Assembly (NCBI GenBank): GCA_963837315.1
Contig: CAWINE010000005.1
Coordinates: 189,207 to 253,206, forward strand
Direction of reading: 5' to 3'
DNA: 64,000 nucleotides
Origin: an uncultured Chloroflexia bacterium
GTDB taxonomy: Bacteria; Chloroflexota; Chloroflexia; QHBQ01; JADMIH01
Every line of letters begins with the position of its first letter. Position 1 is the stretch's first letter. The notes under the pieces are model-generated. The model was not told where the DNA came from. It was given only the letters and a program-made list of their open reading frames with translations, and searched no databases. This document shows positions 62,868 through 64,000 of the stretch, one piece after another. The position numbers and the translations under genes were made by a program.

Positions 62868-63720
62868 ATGGCTGACAAGGGTAAGCCTGCCCCTGCAAGG
62901 CTGTTCGTCCACCTGGCCAGGGAAGCACCGGTTGGCGTCATCTTGCGTCGCGGTCCCACCGCGTGGGTGCAGATTATCCTCTGGCATACAGACACTGACA
63001 CGTTCGAGTTCGGGCAATGGTTCCATGGGCGTATTAACGAGCGGGCCTGCGATGTCTCACCTGATGGCTCGCTGTTCCTCTATTGCGCGGCTGACTATAG
63101 TGAGAGGATATGGGATGCTCCGGACAGTTCCATGTGGCAATGGACTGCCATGAGCCGACCGCCATATCTCACAGCGCTCGCGCTTTGGCCGAAAATCAAT
63201 GATCGCGCTATATGGGCGGTGGTTACTTTGTGGATGGGCACACGGCTTACTTTTATGGCGAGGAAACAGAGACGCGCCCGGCGAAAGGCAATGTTCCTCA
63301 AGATATGGAGGTCAAACGAGTGCTCGTATTAAAGAAAGGAGCTGTGCTGCTCGACCATGACAGCCTCAATGGATGGCATCTAGTTCAGGAAGCATGTATG
63401 GCAATATCCTCCAGGCAGAGTGCTCATACCTGCTATATTACGCAAGGACGGCGGACACGCAAGCACATAGCTTACTGCAAGAATTCCGAACGTTCACGAG
63501 TATCACTACTTTCTCCTCGACCATACAGTAGACGCAGAAATCAGCCTCGCGAATGCAACCTGGGCAGATTTCGACCAGAGGGGCAGGCTCGTATTTGCCA
63601 GAGATGGCAAGCTATTCGCCCTCGAAAACGCCGATCCCCAGGACAACGCGCAAGAGATAGCCGCCTTCAATGAGCAACGCTTCACACCGATAACAGCGCC
63701 TGAATGGGCGCAACACTGGT
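62868..63720 (+). CDS. hypothetical protein, apparently frameshifted near 63300 to 63480
   Basis: The 62730..63332 ORF and a C-terminal frame ending at 63720 ('DAEISLANATWADFDQRGRLVFARDGKLFALENADPQDNAQEIAAFNEQRF') look contiguous. Confidence 0.25.
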
Positions 63721-64000
63721 AACTGCTGTTGCGCGCCAGTCGCCTTGACAAGGTTCGTGCCCGACTTATACTTATTGCGAACGCATCCCAGCAAGTCACA
63801 GGTTCCAAGTAAGAGTTCAGACTTGGGCAGTGAACGAAGTCGAGCGGGCAGACCATGTGTCTGCCCCCCCTACAACCCAATTCGCAACGCTTACGGTATC
63901 AGCCTAAAATGACAAATGAAGCGTAGAAGTCAAGGGCAGTCACTTGGCCTGGGCTGGATCCTGGGTATGGTCCAGTATGGTGTTTGCCTGGCCGGCGGGG

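Overview
This is a high-GC (about 60%) bacterial chromosomal segment carrying roughly 58 protein-coding genes, one tRNA-Arg(TCT) and no rRNA or CRISPR array.

The gene content mixes housekeeping and regulatory functions: a HelY/Ski2-like helicase, infA, moaA, moaC, Fpg/Nei, rpoN with an NtrC-type activator, a REC-GGDEF regulator, an ECF sigma factor, a GAF histidine kinase, and cell-envelope and polysaccharide genes (NlpC/P60 with SH3b repeats, GT2, WbaP-like). A GMC-oxidoreductase operon and various transporters are also present.

The most striking signal is non-coding. Almost every intergenic gap holds tandem arrays of 7-9 nt units drawn from a small motif vocabulary, often as inverted pairs. 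At eight or more loci these arrays sit in the same modular order, separated by conserved linker sequences. Together they look like an abundant composite hairpin-forming repeat family that I do not recognise as a described element.

Other notable features:
- a second, GC-rich double-hairpin REP-like repeat family;
- a 320 bp nested inverted-repeat structure upstream of an LmbE-HD operon;
- a tRNA-Arg locus with an adjacent IS5-family transposase remnant, a duplicated tRNA 3' half and a paralogous gene stub, which looks like an integration or rearrangement scar;
- a candidate sigma-54 promoter next to rpoN and its activator.

About 24 apparent frameshifts cluster in about 14 genes while about 35 kb of other coding sequence is intact. 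I cannot tell from sequence alone whether these are real pseudogenes or localised homopolymer indel errors. All gene-family assignments come from motif recognition by eye, not database searches.
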